Below, piece after piece: positions 18,837-28,725 of a stretch of 51,301 nucleotides of DNA. The translations under genes were made by a program, and so were the position numbers. Position 1 is the first letter of the stretch, and each line of letters opens with the position of its first letter. The stretch is taken from the NCBI GenBank assembly GCA_964433085.1, contig CAYSQB010000004.1, positions 1-51,301 on the forward strand, written 5' to 3'. The notes beneath the pieces are model-generated. The model searched no databases. It saw only the letters and a program-made list of their open reading frames with translations, and had not been told where the DNA came from. This stretch comes from an uncultured bacterium. Lineage in GTDB: Bacteria > Fidelibacterota > Marinisomatia > Marinisomatales > AB-629-J13.

Positions 18837-19790
18837 ATGGGTATGAATCGTCGGGATTTTATTAAGACAAGTGCTGTGGGAATTGCTGCCCCATCTGTTT
18901 TATTATCTTCACAGGAAAAAATAAATATGAATAATCCCCTCGTTCTTTCAACCTGGAAACATGGAATCCCTGCCAATGATGATGCATGGGAAATTTTAAA
19001 CAATGGGGGTTCGGCCCTGGACGCTGTGGAAGCAGGAGCAAAAGTTCCGGAGGCTGATCCTGAAGCCTCTTCTGTCGGGTTTGGAGGATTACCAGATGAA
19101 CAAGGTAGGGTAACCCTGGATGCGTGTATCATGGACCACACAGGGAACTGTGGCTCTGTTGCTTTCATTCAAAATATAAAACATCCTATTTCTGTAGCAC
19201 GTAAAGTTATGGAAGACACAAAACATGTGATGTTGGCCGGTGAAGGGGCCAAGCAGTTCGCAGTATCTAAAGGATTTGAAGAAATGGACCTGCTAACGGA
19301 TGGTTCACGAAAACAATGGGAAGCGTGGAAGAAAAAGCGGTTCAAACAAACCCCCCATGATACCCATGATACTATTTCTCTATTGGCTCAGGACTCAAAA
19401 GGGGATCTTTCAGGTGCATGTACTACCAGCGGTTGGGCTTATAAATTACATGGAAGAGTAGGGGACAGCCCTATTATTGGTGCCGGTCTTTTTGTGGACA
19501 ATGAAATTGGTTGTGCTGCGGCCACCGGACTTGGTGAGGAGGTGATCAAAACTACAGGAAGTTTTTTGGTCGTCGAACTAATGCGGCAGGGCTATGAGCC
19601 CATCAAAGCCTGTGAGGAAACCCTGAAAAGAATTATCAAAAACCATAACGGAAATCCAGATTTTCAGGTGGCTTATATTGCATTGCGAAAGGATGGGGAG
19701 ATTGGTTCAGCGTGCATAAAATCGAGTTTTGAATATGCCTTGGCCCAGGGCGGGATGAATAAACTGTATAAAATTAAGGGTATGATCTAG
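18837..19790 (+). CDS. Ntn-hydrolase glycosylasparaginase / isoaspartyl peptidase with Tat signal
   Basis: NRRDFIKTSAVGIAAP twin-arginine signal. HD|TIS autoprocessing site. TTSGWAYKLHGRVGDSPIIGAGLFVDNEIGCAAATGLGEEVIK. Confidence 0.8.
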   Translation: MGMNRRDFIKTSAVGIAAPSVLLSSQEKINMNNPLVLSTWKHGIPANDDAWEILNNGGSALDAVEAGAKVPEADPEASSVGFGGLPDEQGRVTLDACIMDHTGNCGSVAFIQNIKHPISVARKVMEDTKHVMLAGEGAKQFAVSKGFEEMDLLTDGSRKQWEAWKKKRFKQTPHDTHDTISLLAQDSKGDLSGACTTSGWAYKLHGRVGDSPIIGAGLFVDNEIGCAAATGLGEEVIKTTGSFLVVELMRQGYEPIKACEETLKRIIKNHNGNPDFQVAYIALRKDGEIGSACIKSSFEYALAQGGMNKLYKIKGMI

Positions 19791-19947
19791 AATAGAATTA
19801 TTTCTCCATTTTATGGATTGTTAAATATGTGTTTTATACAAGAATCATTAGATTGTAGTTAAATGATAACGACAAAAATTTATATCCATATTTCCAAAAT
19901 TGCATTTTACCATATTAAAATCCCACTGAACCGACTAGATTTAAATC

Positions 19948-21120
19948 GTGTTTGAATCTCTTACTAACTATTTCGTACCTAGCACCCGGGAATCTGCTCA
20001 AACATACAGGAATAAAATAGGAGTTTTCCAGGGATGGATCTCCGTTGGAATTAATGGACTCTTATTTTTTGTAAAAATAATTTTGGGGATAACGATTGGG
20101 GCCGTCAGTCTTATTGCCGATGCACTGCATACCTTATCTGATGTTGTAACATCTTCTATTGTCATTTGGGGATTTAAACAGACTGAGAAACCTGCGGATG
20201 TGGAACATCCATATGGTCATGGCAGAGCAGAATACATTGCCACATTGATCATTGCAATTTTACTTTGTGTTGCAGGCATTGAAATCATTGAAGTATCCAT
20301 AGACCGAATACGCAATCCGGTATGGGATTTGAACAAGGTAAAATGGTGGATGATCACCTTGCTGGTTTTAACGATTGTAATTAAAGAGTTCACAGCACGG
20401 TTTGCTGACTATTTATCTTCGATGGTAGCCTCCGGAACCCTTCACGCAGATGCGTGGCACCACCGCTCTGATGCGCTATCCAGTTTACTGGTTGTAGGTG
20501 CTTTGGTTGCGGGAAAAATTGGCTATGTATCTATCGATGGATGGGCCGGCCTTGCTGTGGCAGGATTTTTAATGTACATGGGGTTTGAGATCGCTAAAGA
20601 TGCTGTAGACGATCTAATCGGGAAACCACCTACAACGGAGGAAATAGAAACTATTAGGCATATTGTGATGGATGTCTCGGGTGTTTTAGGTGCTCATGAT
20701 ATAATCATACACAGCTATGGGCAGGATAAATTTGTAAGCGTTCATGTAGAGGTTGATGCAAAAGAAACGACCGCCACTGCCCACGATATTTCTGAAGAGG
20801 TAGAAGAGCTCCTTGAAAAAGCATTAGGAGTTGAGCCCACGGTACACATGGACCCGGTTTATCCTGGAAATCCCTTAGTAATAAAAGTACAAGCATACCT
20901 GGAGCAACACTGGGGTGACGATTCCCGTATCACAGATATACATGATATTAGAGTTGTGGAAACTGATAATCATCGTGTTATATTATTTGGGATTAATGTG
21001 AGAGTTGGTATGAGTCAATCCAAAATTGTAGAATGCCACAAGGAATTAGAGACAGACCTGAATGAAAAATTTTCTGGTTATGATATAAATATCAAGGTAT
21101 CGCCTCTGCACCGTTATTGA
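19948..21120 (+). CDS. cation diffusion facilitator (CDF) metal efflux transporter
   Basis: HTLSDVVTS and HHRSDALSS metal-site motifs, 6 TM segments plus a cytoplasmic C-domain. GTG start. Confidence 0.85.
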   Translation: MFESLTNYFVPSTRESAQTYRNKIGVFQGWISVGINGLLFFVKIILGITIGAVSLIADALHTLSDVVTSSIVIWGFKQTEKPADVEHPYGHGRAEYIATLIIAILLCVAGIEIIEVSIDRIRNPVWDLNKVKWWMITLLVLTIVIKEFTARFADYLSSMVASGTLHADAWHHRSDALSSLLVVGALVAGKIGYVSIDGWAGLAVAGFLMYMGFEIAKDAVDDLIGKPPTTEEIETIRHIVMDVSGVLGAHDIIIHSYGQDKFVSVHVEVDAKETTATAHDISEEVEELLEKALGVEPTVHMDPVYPGNPLVIKVQAYLEQHWGDDSRITDIHDIRVVETDNHRVILFGINVRVGMSQSKIVECHKELETDLNEKFSGYDINIKVSPLHRY

Positions 21121-21125
21121 TCTAC

Positions 21126-22559
21126 TCACCGATCATCGAATAATAATTCATTGACCAATAATACAACATCATGGGTGGTTATTTCAGCATCCTCATTCAT
21201 ATCAGCAAAAAAGAATTGTTCGTCCGTTAGCTCGATGATGCCATTAAGGTGAGAAAGAACCATAATAATATCTAATGAATTAATGATTCCATCCCGGTTC
21301 ACGTCACCGGGCGCAAGAATGTTCTGATAAATATAATTGATTGTTTCTCTAACCGTGATTAAAACAGCTTCATGAGCTGTGCCCCAGTCAACTAACCCCC
21401 CAACATGGACATGTCCAGCGAGATAGCACGGCGTTTCATCTTCATTTTCCATGAGACCTTTGTACCAGACACCGTGAAATCCTTTGTACTCCGATAAATA
21501 TCCACCGGCCCCTTCAGCATAGTCAATATAAGAATAGAGATCTAAATCTGAAGAATTTATAGCCTCAACAATTTCTGTCATTGGTAGGGAGGAGAACCTC
21601 ATATGATTGATGGGAGAATCCTGATCGGGAGGTGCAGGTGTAGGTTGATAGGGGGGTGTAAAGTCATCTATCCATCCGAGCCGATTATAGTATTTCCATT
21701 CCATTTCCCAGCTGTTGTTGATGTAGCCTCTGCTAAATGTAATAATGGCAACAGGGGCATGTGTTTCAACGATATCCCACCAGTCTTCTGATGTATCCTG
21801 ATAGTCCACTTCTAAATCTCCATATCCCTGTCCGCAATCGTTGCAGTCCGGGGGATTAAATGATGGAAAAAAGGAGATGATATCGTAACCTAAATCCTCC
21901 CAATTTTCTCCGATCCATCCATCTGGATTTAATAAAGCATTTTGGCTGAACGGTCGGACCGCTTCATTTGTAGGAGGCCAATAACCGGTGAGTAAAATAA
22001 CGGGATTCTCTCTTGAGGTGTTTATTGGATAAACATGGAGTTTATCTGAAATTTTTATTTTTGGTTGTTGGTAAGAAAATTTTTGGAAAGAAATCTCGGG
22101 AGGCTGAGTATTTTTGGGTACAGATAGTTCTAAAATAAATTCTGATGATTTTATCCTGCCGGTAAGAGAGATAGTTTCTCTCGCTAAATATTCTTTTCGA
22201 TATGGTCCGACCCAGCTTTTATCGGTAGGATTAATTAGATAGAGCTCACTTTTTTCAGGAAAATTATTGTTGTCCAAAAGCGCATAAAAACTACTTTCTT
22301 TCTCTAATGAATAATGCAAAAAATACAAAACACTATTATCATTTATTACTTTAGTGCCGTCCTTCCATTTAAGGTTTGAAATATTAAATTTCCCATCAGT
22401 GAAGAATACCTGTTTGGAGGTTGTTACAGGATTTAAAGAAAAATATTTGGGCTCTCCATAGGGTAAGACCTGGGAATAGATCAATCTGGTTAGAATGACA
22501 AAAATAAGGAAGTATTTATGGTTGTGAGTGGCACTTACCATTTTATATGTTTGATTCAT
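21126..22559 (-). CDS. secreted protein: unknown N-domain + peptidase-C15-like domain (Ser in place of Cys) + C-terminal dockerin
   Basis: Start set at MNQTYK (22559), just after the upstream stop. Signal peptide ends ...LIYS|Q. VILLTGYWPP, AGGYLSEY and AGHVHV resemble the C15 motifs VLLTGFDPF, AGTFVCN and GFIHIP. GDVNRDGIINSLDII...ADMNEDAEITTHDVVLLV is a type I dockerin pair. Confidence 0.6.
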   Translation of the reverse strand: MNQTYKMVSATHNHKYFLIFVILTRLIYSQVLPYGEPKYFSLNPVTTSKQVFFTDGKFNISNLKWKDGTKVINDNSVLYFLHYSLEKESSFYALLDNNNFPEKSELYLINPTDKSWVGPYRKEYLARETISLTGRIKSSEFILELSVPKNTQPPEISFQKFSYQQPKIKISDKLHVYPINTSRENPVILLTGYWPPTNEAVRPFSQNALLNPDGWIGENWEDLGYDIISFFPSFNPPDCNDCGQGYGDLEVDYQDTSEDWWDIVETHAPVAIITFSRGYINNSWEMEWKYYNRLGWIDDFTPPYQPTPAPPDQDSPINHMRFSSLPMTEIVEAINSSDLDLYSYIDYAEGAGGYLSEYKGFHGVWYKGLMENEDETPCYLAGHVHVGGLVDWGTAHEAVLITVRETINYIYQNILAPGDVNRDGIINSLDIIMVLSHLNGIIELTDEQFFFADMNEDAEITTHDVVLLVNELLFDDR

Positions 22560-22561
22560 TT

Positions 22562-23143
22562 TTAGAGAAAAAACAATTGCAACTGTAAATAGGTACTGCA
22601 AAGGCCAAGCAGAGCACCCGCAAAAACTTGTGCTGGGGTGTGAGCTTTTAATATGACCCGTGAATAGCTTACCAATACGATAAATGATACCATTAGAAAT
22701 GGATAGTGGCTTCCATTAGCCCACAGCGCAGCGGCTGGACCGGAAACTCCCATTGAGTGGATCGAGATTTTCCAAAATCGGTTGATCAATAGCGTAAGGA
22801 CTGTATTTGTCATATAACAAAACATGAGCCCCTGGGTTAACGGGTTTGCGTTCAAGAGGGTAAGAGTAATAAATCCTAGTGCGGCATATCCAATACCTAA
22901 GGTTAGAGGGAACTGTCTTTGATCTTTAATGGACGCATCTAAGTCATCGATTCTCCCTGATAATTTTAAAATAACTACCGTTGTAATAGGGATTAAATTT
23001 GAAAAAATGAAACAGGTTAATAAAACTAAATATGGATTGACAGTTGACGAGACACCACTAAAAATCAGGACAGAAAACACAGCAAGAGAAATTATCATTG
23101 GATGAAATATAAATGAGACAGCTAAAGCAAATTTTGTTTTCAT
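22562..23143 (-). CDS. divergent PAP2-superfamily integral membrane protein
   Basis: Five to six TM helices. KISIHSMG and YSRVILKAHTPAQ resemble PAP2 motifs C2/C3, with a terminal Asp to Gln change. Confidence 0.5.
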   Translation of the reverse strand: MKTKFALAVSFIFHPMIISLAVFSVLIFSGVSSTVNPYLVLLTCFIFSNLIPITTVVILKLSGRIDDLDASIKDQRQFPLTLGIGYAALGFITLTLLNANPLTQGLMFCYMTNTVLTLLINRFWKISIHSMGVSGPAAALWANGSHYPFLMVSFIVLVSYSRVILKAHTPAQVFAGALLGLCSTYLQLQLFFL

Positions 23144-23176
23144 GAATTCTTAAAAATGTAAACGGTAAAAACTAGG

Positions 23177-24673
23177 TCAACCAGAAAATTGATACTCACC
23201 AAATACATTTTTCATAACTTGAGTGATCTCGCCAATGGTGCACTCACTTTTTACACAGTCAATTATGTGTGGGATCAGGTTTTCATTCCCTTTACATTTT
23301 TCAGTTAATAGCTCGAGTGTTTTTTTCACATGTAGACTGTCTCGGGATTGTTTTAATTCTTTTACGTTTTTGATCTGTGTATTTACAGAGAGTGTGGAAA
23401 TTTCATGGAGGTTGGAGACAACATCCTCATCCTCATCATACTTGTTTACACCGACGATAGTTGTTTCCCCAGAATCAACCTCTAACTGGTAGTCATATGC
23501 ACTTTTGGAAATTTCGTTTTGAATCCACCCCTTTTCTATTGCCTGAACGGTACCGCCAAGAGAATCAATTTTTTCAATGATCTCCAGTGACTCACTCACC
23601 AATTCCTCGGTCATCTGTTCCACAACATAGCTACCACCGAAGGGGTCAGGGTGGTTTGGAATTCCTGATTCATGAGCAATGATTTGTTGGGTACGGAGAG
23701 CAAGATTTACCGATTCGTCAGTAGGTAAAGATATTGCCTCATCTTTGCTATTTGTATGTAGGGACTGGGTACCACCCAATACCGCAGACATAGCTTGTAT
23801 TGTTGTTCGCACCACATTGTTATCGATTTGCTGTGCTGTGAGTGTGGATCCCCCGGTCTGAGTATGAAAACGGCATTGGAGCACTTTTTTATTTGTGACA
23901 CCAAATCTGTTTTTCATAATGGTTGCCCACAGTTTTCTTGCTGCACGAAATTTGGAGATTTCAATGAGAAAATCATTATGAGCATTGAAGAAAAAGGATA
24001 AACGTTTTCCAAACTTTTCAAGGTTCATCCCTCGTTTTTGTGCTCTTTCCACGTAGGCAATAGCATTGGCAAATGTAAAGGCTAGTTCCTGTGCTGCCGT
24101 ACTTCCGGCCTCTCTTATGTGGTACCCCGAAATAGAAATTGTATTCCACTTGGGTATGTGGTTTGAACAAAATTCGATCACATCGGTTACCAGGCGAAGT
24201 GATGGGTTTGGGGGAAAAATAAAGGTTCCTCGGGCAATGTATTCCTTTAATATATCGTTTTGAATAGTACCTCTCAGATTTTTTATGGCAATATTCTGAT
24301 GTTCTGCCGCGACGATGTAGTTTGCCAGAATAATAGGAGCAGTTGCGTTGATTGTCATTGAAACGGAAACATCGGCCAAGGGAATTTGGTGAAAGAGGTT
24401 CTTCATATCGTGAACGGATGAAATAGGTACCCCAACCTTTCCCACTTCACCATCGGCCATGAGGTCATCAGAATCATATCCAATTTGGGTGGGGAGGTCA
24501 AATGCGACTGAGAGCCCTGTCACTCCATTTTTCAGTAAATATTTAAATCTTGCATTGGTATCAACCGCACTGGTAAAACCGGCATACTGACGCATAGTCC
24601 AGAGCCGTTTTTTATACATTTCCTCGTAAATTCCCCTTTTATAGGGAAACTCTCCTGGTTTTTCTTTAGCCAT
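23177..24673 (-). CDS. methylmalonyl-CoA mutase family catalytic (N-terminal TIM barrel) subunit, no B12-binding domain
   Basis: FPYKRGIY..MYKKRLWTMRQYAGFTSAVDTNARFKYLL..G.TGLSVAFDLPTQIGYDSD. 498 aa; the protein ends before a cobalamin-binding domain. Confidence 0.9.
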   Translation of the reverse strand: MAKEKPGEFPYKRGIYEEMYKKRLWTMRQYAGFTSAVDTNARFKYLLKNGVTGLSVAFDLPTQIGYDSDDLMADGEVGKVGVPISSVHDMKNLFHQIPLADVSVSMTINATAPIILANYIVAAEHQNIAIKNLRGTIQNDILKEYIARGTFIFPPNPSLRLVTDVIEFCSNHIPKWNTISISGYHIREAGSTAAQELAFTFANAIAYVERAQKRGMNLEKFGKRLSFFFNAHNDFLIEISKFRAARKLWATIMKNRFGVTNKKVLQCRFHTQTGGSTLTAQQIDNNVVRTTIQAMSAVLGGTQSLHTNSKDEAISLPTDESVNLALRTQQIIAHESGIPNHPDPFGGSYVVEQMTEELVSESLEIIEKIDSLGGTVQAIEKGWIQNEISKSAYDYQLEVDSGETTIVGVNKYDEDEDVVSNLHEISTLSVNTQIKNVKELKQSRDSLHVKKTLELLTEKCKGNENLIPHIIDCVKSECTIGEITQVMKNVFGEYQFSG

Positions 24674-24696
24674 AACAGATTAAAATGACCAGTGTA

Positions 24697-25440
24697 TTAT
24701 TTCCCTCTTTGTCTTTTGATTGTCTGATATGCGTCGTTGACAGATTTAAATTTTTCTTCGGCTAATTTTTGTAACTCATCTCCCAAGTGACTGACCTTAT
24801 CCGGATGATATTTATTTGCCATTTTACGATAGGCTTTTTTTACTTCTTCATCGGTGGCATCAGAGCTAATTTCCAGTATTTTATAGTCGGATTCGGAATC
24901 CCGGACAAACATGGCTTGTATAGAAATAAAATCATTCTCACTGATATTCATATAACGGGCAATGGTATGTATAATTTTTATTTCTTCAGGATGAATATGT
25001 CCATCCGCTTGAGATAGACCAAATAAAACATGAACCAGCTCTAATCTGCTAGGGTGATCCATAGACCTTTGAATTTGCCGGCACACATCCCGTAAATGAT
25101 AATCCTGGTTTAGAATATCTTTAAACAGAACCATGAAATCTTGTACATCATTTGTGTGAAATTGATTTTTAAGAAACTGTTTGACAAAGTCCAATTCGGA
25201 TTTCAACATTTGTTTGTCTGCCTTCATTACTGATGCAAAGAGTACCAGCATTGAAACCATAAAATCACCGGGTTTTGTTTTAGGATAGGCGGTTGTGTTT
25301 CTAGAGAAATGGCTATTGTATGGCCCGCTTCTAGCTTCACTATCAGAAAAAGAAGCTGCCGCATACCCAAGAATGCCACCTATAGGACCACCCAACACCC
25401 ATCCAAGACTGCCCCATAATAATTTTTTCCCTAGACTCAT
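24697..25440 (-). CDS. djlA: DjlA-like co-chaperone (N-terminal TM, TerB-like middle, C-terminal J domain)
   Basis: C-terminal [32 protein letters not shown] (the HPD motif of a J domain). Gly-rich N-terminal TM segment. Confidence 0.7.
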   Translation of the reverse strand: MSLGKKLLWGSLGWVLGGPIGGILGYAAASFSDSEARSGPYNSHFSRNTTAYPKTKPGDFMVSMLVLFASVMKADKQMLKSELDFVKQFLKNQFHTNDVQDFMVLFKDILNQDYHLRDVCRQIQRSMDHPSRLELVHVLFGLSQADGHIHPEEIKIIHTIARYMNISENDFISIQAMFVRDSESDYKILEISSDATDEEVKKAYRKMANKYHPDKVSHLGDELQKLAEEKFKSVNDAYQTIKRQRGK

Positions 25441-25493
25441 TTTATTTCTTTTTTATTGATATAAATTACTTCAGAAAACTAAGCAGGATTCCT

Positions 25494-26054
25494 GTGGAGA
25501 AAAAGCTATATTCAACCGTGAAAATTTCCATCAAGACGAAAATTGCCTTCCTGTTAAACTATAAGATTTCCAAAAAAAAGGAAAATAATAGATCAATAAA
25601 ATTGGGATTAGGTGGGAACAAAATCCGTACCGTTGCATATTTTCTACCAGAGAAAGAACAGTTTACTCGGTTGGCAATTCATTATCTTAATAATTTGAAT
25701 AAACATAATTTAGAAATTAAATTAATCTGTCGGTCATCAGTTTCAGAATTATTCAATGTGTCAGTGGGCAATTCAGATATATTTATTTCTGATGAACAAT
25801 TAAATCGTTTTGGATTACCACACCCATCAACAACAGATAAAATGAATCAAGTAGTTACTGATGCAGTGGTTGATTTAAATCCGGAATTTGATCCGGTTCA
25901 TGGAATATTAATGCAGAAAATAAATTCTCCTCTTAAAATCGGTTTTGAATCACATTGGTCACAAAAACTTTTTACCATTACATTAACCGCTAATAATAAT
26001 GGATATATGAAAAATCAATATCACCAGATCAATAACCTTTTAGGTATACAATGA
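25494..26054 (+). CDS. hypothetical protein (186 aa)
   Basis: GTG start. Stop overlaps the next start (ATGA). No family confidently recognised. Confidence 0.5.
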   Translation: MEKKLYSTVKISIKTKIAFLLNYKISKKKENNRSIKLGLGGNKIRTVAYFLPEKEQFTRLAIHYLNNLNKHNLEIKLICRSSVSELFNVSVGNSDIFISDEQLNRFGLPHPSTTDKMNQVVTDAVVDLNPEFDPVHGILMQKINSPLKIGFESHWSQKLFTITLTANNNGYMKNQYHQINNLLGIQ

Positions 26055-27253
26055 ACTATTATCTATTTGAGAATATTAAGGATTCAAAATTTTACCCAAT
26101 ATCAGCCACCCGTTCAACTACTGATATACGGATTGGTGCTACAACATTTTTAGACCGAATTAAAGCCCTGATCTCTTCCGGAGACAAACTCTCGCTATTT
26201 GTCAGGGAGGAGATAGCAGATCTAACACAGGAAAGACATCCAGGGATCGAAGTAAATCCTCAAGAGGTGAGCCATGGTATTTGGTTAGCTGGGAATGTCT
26301 TCTGGACTGAAGATTTAATAAAAACGATAGACCACGGTTCCCAATTGAAGTGGTTGCATGAAAATAAAGCCGTTGGATATAATTTATCCACTTCAATGGG
26401 GAAATCGTGGATAGAGAAGGGGGGACCGGTCCAAAGTGAATTTACTGATAATATGGAAGCAAGAGATCTGTCCTGCGATGTGTTCAATTATCTATGGGAT
26501 ATTATAGATAGAATTCCCAAAACATTGGAAGAAGATATTGAGGGATATGATTCTAATTTTAAGGTAAAAAATAATTCCAAATCGGTACATACAGTCGGAG
26601 AAAATAAAATTTATGCTGATGATAGCGCACATATTGAACCACTTGCCGTTCTAAATGCCGAAAAAGGGCCAATCATTATCATGGATAATGTTTACGTTAA
26701 TTCTTTTTCATACCTTGAAGGGCCGCTATACATTGGAAACAATACGATTATACAACCCCACAGTCATATTTCCTCATCAATAATAGGACCAGTCTGTAAA
26801 TTGGGAGGTGAGATCGAAAAGTCTATATTTCAAGGATATTCAAATAAAGTGCACGATGGGCATTTAGGAAACTCATTTTTAGGTGAATGGGTCAATTTGG
26901 GGGCGGGAACAACCAACAGTGATCTGAAAAATAACTATTCATCCGTAAAAGTGAATTTTGGACAGGATGAAATTGAAACAGGCAAACACTTTATCGGGTC
27001 TTTTATTGGAGATCACGTGAAAACAGGAATAGGAACGCAATTAAATACGGGTACAATCATCGGCCCCTGTTCCAACATTATTTCTGGTGCTGTATCGCCA
27101 AAATATTTTAAACCATTTTCGTGGTATGTGGATGGAAATTTATCTTCCTATCGTTGTGAAGATTTCATTGAAACTGCAAAACAAGTAAAGCACCGGAGGG
27201 GGATGAAAATCACATCAAATGAGATTGCATTTTTTAAAAAACTGAGTCAATAA
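26051..27253 (+). CDS. putative sugar nucleotidyltransferase with left-handed beta-helix C-domain (alternative GlmU-like family)
   Basis: N-terminus MNYYLFEN...FYPISATRSTTDIRIGATTFLDRI, like the NTP_transf_4/TIGR03991-type proteins of FCB bacteria. Hexapeptide repeats in the C-terminal half (GNSFLGEWVNLGAGTTNS..., IGDHVKTGIGTQL). Confidence 0.65.
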   Translation: MNYYLFENIKDSKFYPISATRSTTDIRIGATTFLDRIKALISSGDKLSLFVREEIADLTQERHPGIEVNPQEVSHGIWLAGNVFWTEDLIKTIDHGSQLKWLHENKAVGYNLSTSMGKSWIEKGGPVQSEFTDNMEARDLSCDVFNYLWDIIDRIPKTLEEDIEGYDSNFKVKNNSKSVHTVGENKIYADDSAHIEPLAVLNAEKGPIIIMDNVYVNSFSYLEGPLYIGNNTIIQPHSHISSSIIGPVCKLGGEIEKSIFQGYSNKVHDGHLGNSFLGEWVNLGAGTTNSDLKNNYSSVKVNFGQDEIETGKHFIGSFIGDHVKTGIGTQLNTGTIIGPCSNIISGAVSPKYFKPFSWYVDGNLSSYRCEDFIETAKQVKHRRGMKITSNEIAFFKKLSQ

Positions 27254-27329
27254 AAATTTCGTTGAAGATTTTATTGCTAAAGGCACGTTCATCGTTTATA
27301 TTAACCGCCGATTTTTAAAGGAAAATTAA

Positions 27330-27716
27330 ATGTTAGAAGGTATTATTTGTCCCGTTTGCGAATCGACATTAAACGATGAGCACCTTAAAGAAACTCTCAA
27401 GTGTATTTACTGCAGAACCGATCTGAAGGATCGGAAATATCTTGATTTCCTTGAATATTTAATGACCAACGGTATCGTAAAAAATCTTGATTTTTTTGAT
27501 GCCGAAGTGTACAGTGAAGATATTGAGCGCTTAACTCCAGAAGATGAGGAGGAAATAGATCCTGCTGAATTTGAGAAAAAGAAGGACAATTTTAATTTTT
27601 ATGAAAATGAGGTAATCCACAAGCCTAAAGCTGACAAAGAACCGGATTATGAAGAGTTCGATGGATTAAATGAAGATTGGGAAGAATTTAACAGAAGAGA
27701 ATTTGAAGGATTTTAA
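27330..27716 (+). CDS. zinc-ribbon protein with highly acidic tail (hypothetical)
   Basis: CPVC...x17...CIYC at the N-terminus, then a Glu/Asp-rich C-terminus. Confidence 0.5.
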   Translation: MLEGIICPVCESTLNDEHLKETLKCIYCRTDLKDRKYLDFLEYLMTNGIVKNLDFFDAEVYSEDIERLTPEDEEEIDPAEFEKKKDNFNFYENEVIHKPKADKEPDYEEFDGLNEDWEEFNRREFEGF

Positions 27717-27727
27717 TAGGGGATATT

Positions 27728-28051
27728 ATGAGTGATAAAAAACCAAAAACACAACAGATCAATATAGAATTAGATGAAAAAGTAAGCAGCGGAGAATATT
27801 CAAATTTCGTCGTTGTGACACACTCTCCAGCAGAGTTTGTCATGGACTTTACCCGATTATTGCCAGGTGTCCCCAAAGCGAAAGTCCATTCAAGGATCAT
27901 TATGGCACCACCACATGCAAAAGCATTTATGATGGCATTGAAGGATAATCTTGTCAAATTTGAGGGTAAGCATGGGGAGATCAAATCACCTGGCCAGGAT
28001 TCCTTTTCCGGTTTCGGAGTGAAACCGCCCAAAGATACGCTACCTAACTAA
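27728..28051 (+). CDS. DUF3467 family protein
   Basis: GEYSNFVVVTHSPAEFVMDFTRLLPG...AKVHSRIIMAPPHAKAFMMAL fits the DUF3467 pattern. Confidence 0.7.
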   Translation: MSDKKPKTQQINIELDEKVSSGEYSNFVVVTHSPAEFVMDFTRLLPGVPKAKVHSRIIMAPPHAKAFMMALKDNLVKFEGKHGEIKSPGQDSFSGFGVKPPKDTLPN

Positions 28052-28638
28052 TTATTTTCTCCTGAGTGGTACCACACCCAGGAGCGGTTTCGTTTTAGCT
28101 CTCTCATCTTTACAATTACCCACACACTCAGTATACACCAAGCTAATCCATAACCGAAAAGTGCACCGCAAATGATATCAGCGGGATAGTGCACCCCAAC
28201 ATACACCCTACTGATAGCGATAAGACCTGCAAGGGGAAAAACCCATAATTGCTTTCTTCCATAGAAGTAATATATCACAACAGCAAAGGCAAAGGAGTTG
28301 GCGGCATGGTTAGAAACAAATGAAAAACGACCGCCCTTTTTTACTAATAAATTAATTGAATCTCCTAAAGCATGGGATGGCCTGATTCTACCGATCCATG
28401 GTTTAATGATCTGTGCCGCGGTCCCATCCACGATAATAATTGTGAGGATGAGGACCACACCTGCTATTTTACCCCGTTTACCATCAAAACCAAACATCCA
28501 AATTAATAATATAAATATGGGAAGGACCCAGTGATCTTGGTCTGTGATAAATACCATTATATGGTCCAGAACAGGGTGGGACAAGTTATAATTAATAAAA
28601 TGAAAAGTTAGATGGTCAATATGTCTCAGGAAATCCAT
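28048..28638 (-). CDS. PAP2 family lipid phosphatase (membrane)
   Basis: All three PAP2 motifs are present: KPWIGRIRP, SFVSNH, SRVYVGVHYPAD. Confidence 0.85.
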   Translation of the reverse strand: MDFLRHIDHLTFHFINYNLSHPVLDHIMVFITDQDHWVLPIFILLIWMFGFDGKRGKIAGVVLILTIIIVDGTAAQIIKPWIGRIRPSHALGDSINLLVKKGGRFSFVSNHAANSFAFAVVIYYFYGRKQLWVFPLAGLIAISRVYVGVHYPADIICGALFGYGLAWCILSVWVIVKMRELKRNRSWVWYHSGENN

Positions 28639-28725
28639 ATCATGTAATCCTAATAGGGAAGAAGTATTAAACCTTTCTGTCTCAATTCACTCAGAATCGA
28701 TTTGATAGGTGAGCGTGCCTGTTTT

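Noticed and set aside
18779-19168. 129-aa ORF antisense to the 5' end of the glycosylasparaginase gene
   Set aside because: The Pro/Ser/Ala-rich translation is the mirror of a well-supported CDS with a Tat signal and Ntn-hydrolase motifs. There is no independent support.
19791-19947. Searched for a metal (NiCo/czcD-type or yybP-type) riboswitch upstream of the CDF transporter
   Set aside because: The region is AT-rich with no GC-paired multi-stem junction or conserved riboswitch core visible.
27688-28032. 114-aa minus-strand ORF covering the DUF3467 gene
   Set aside because: The plus-strand reading gives a recognisable DUF3467 pattern and sits 11 nt after the preceding gene. The antisense product has no recognisable features.
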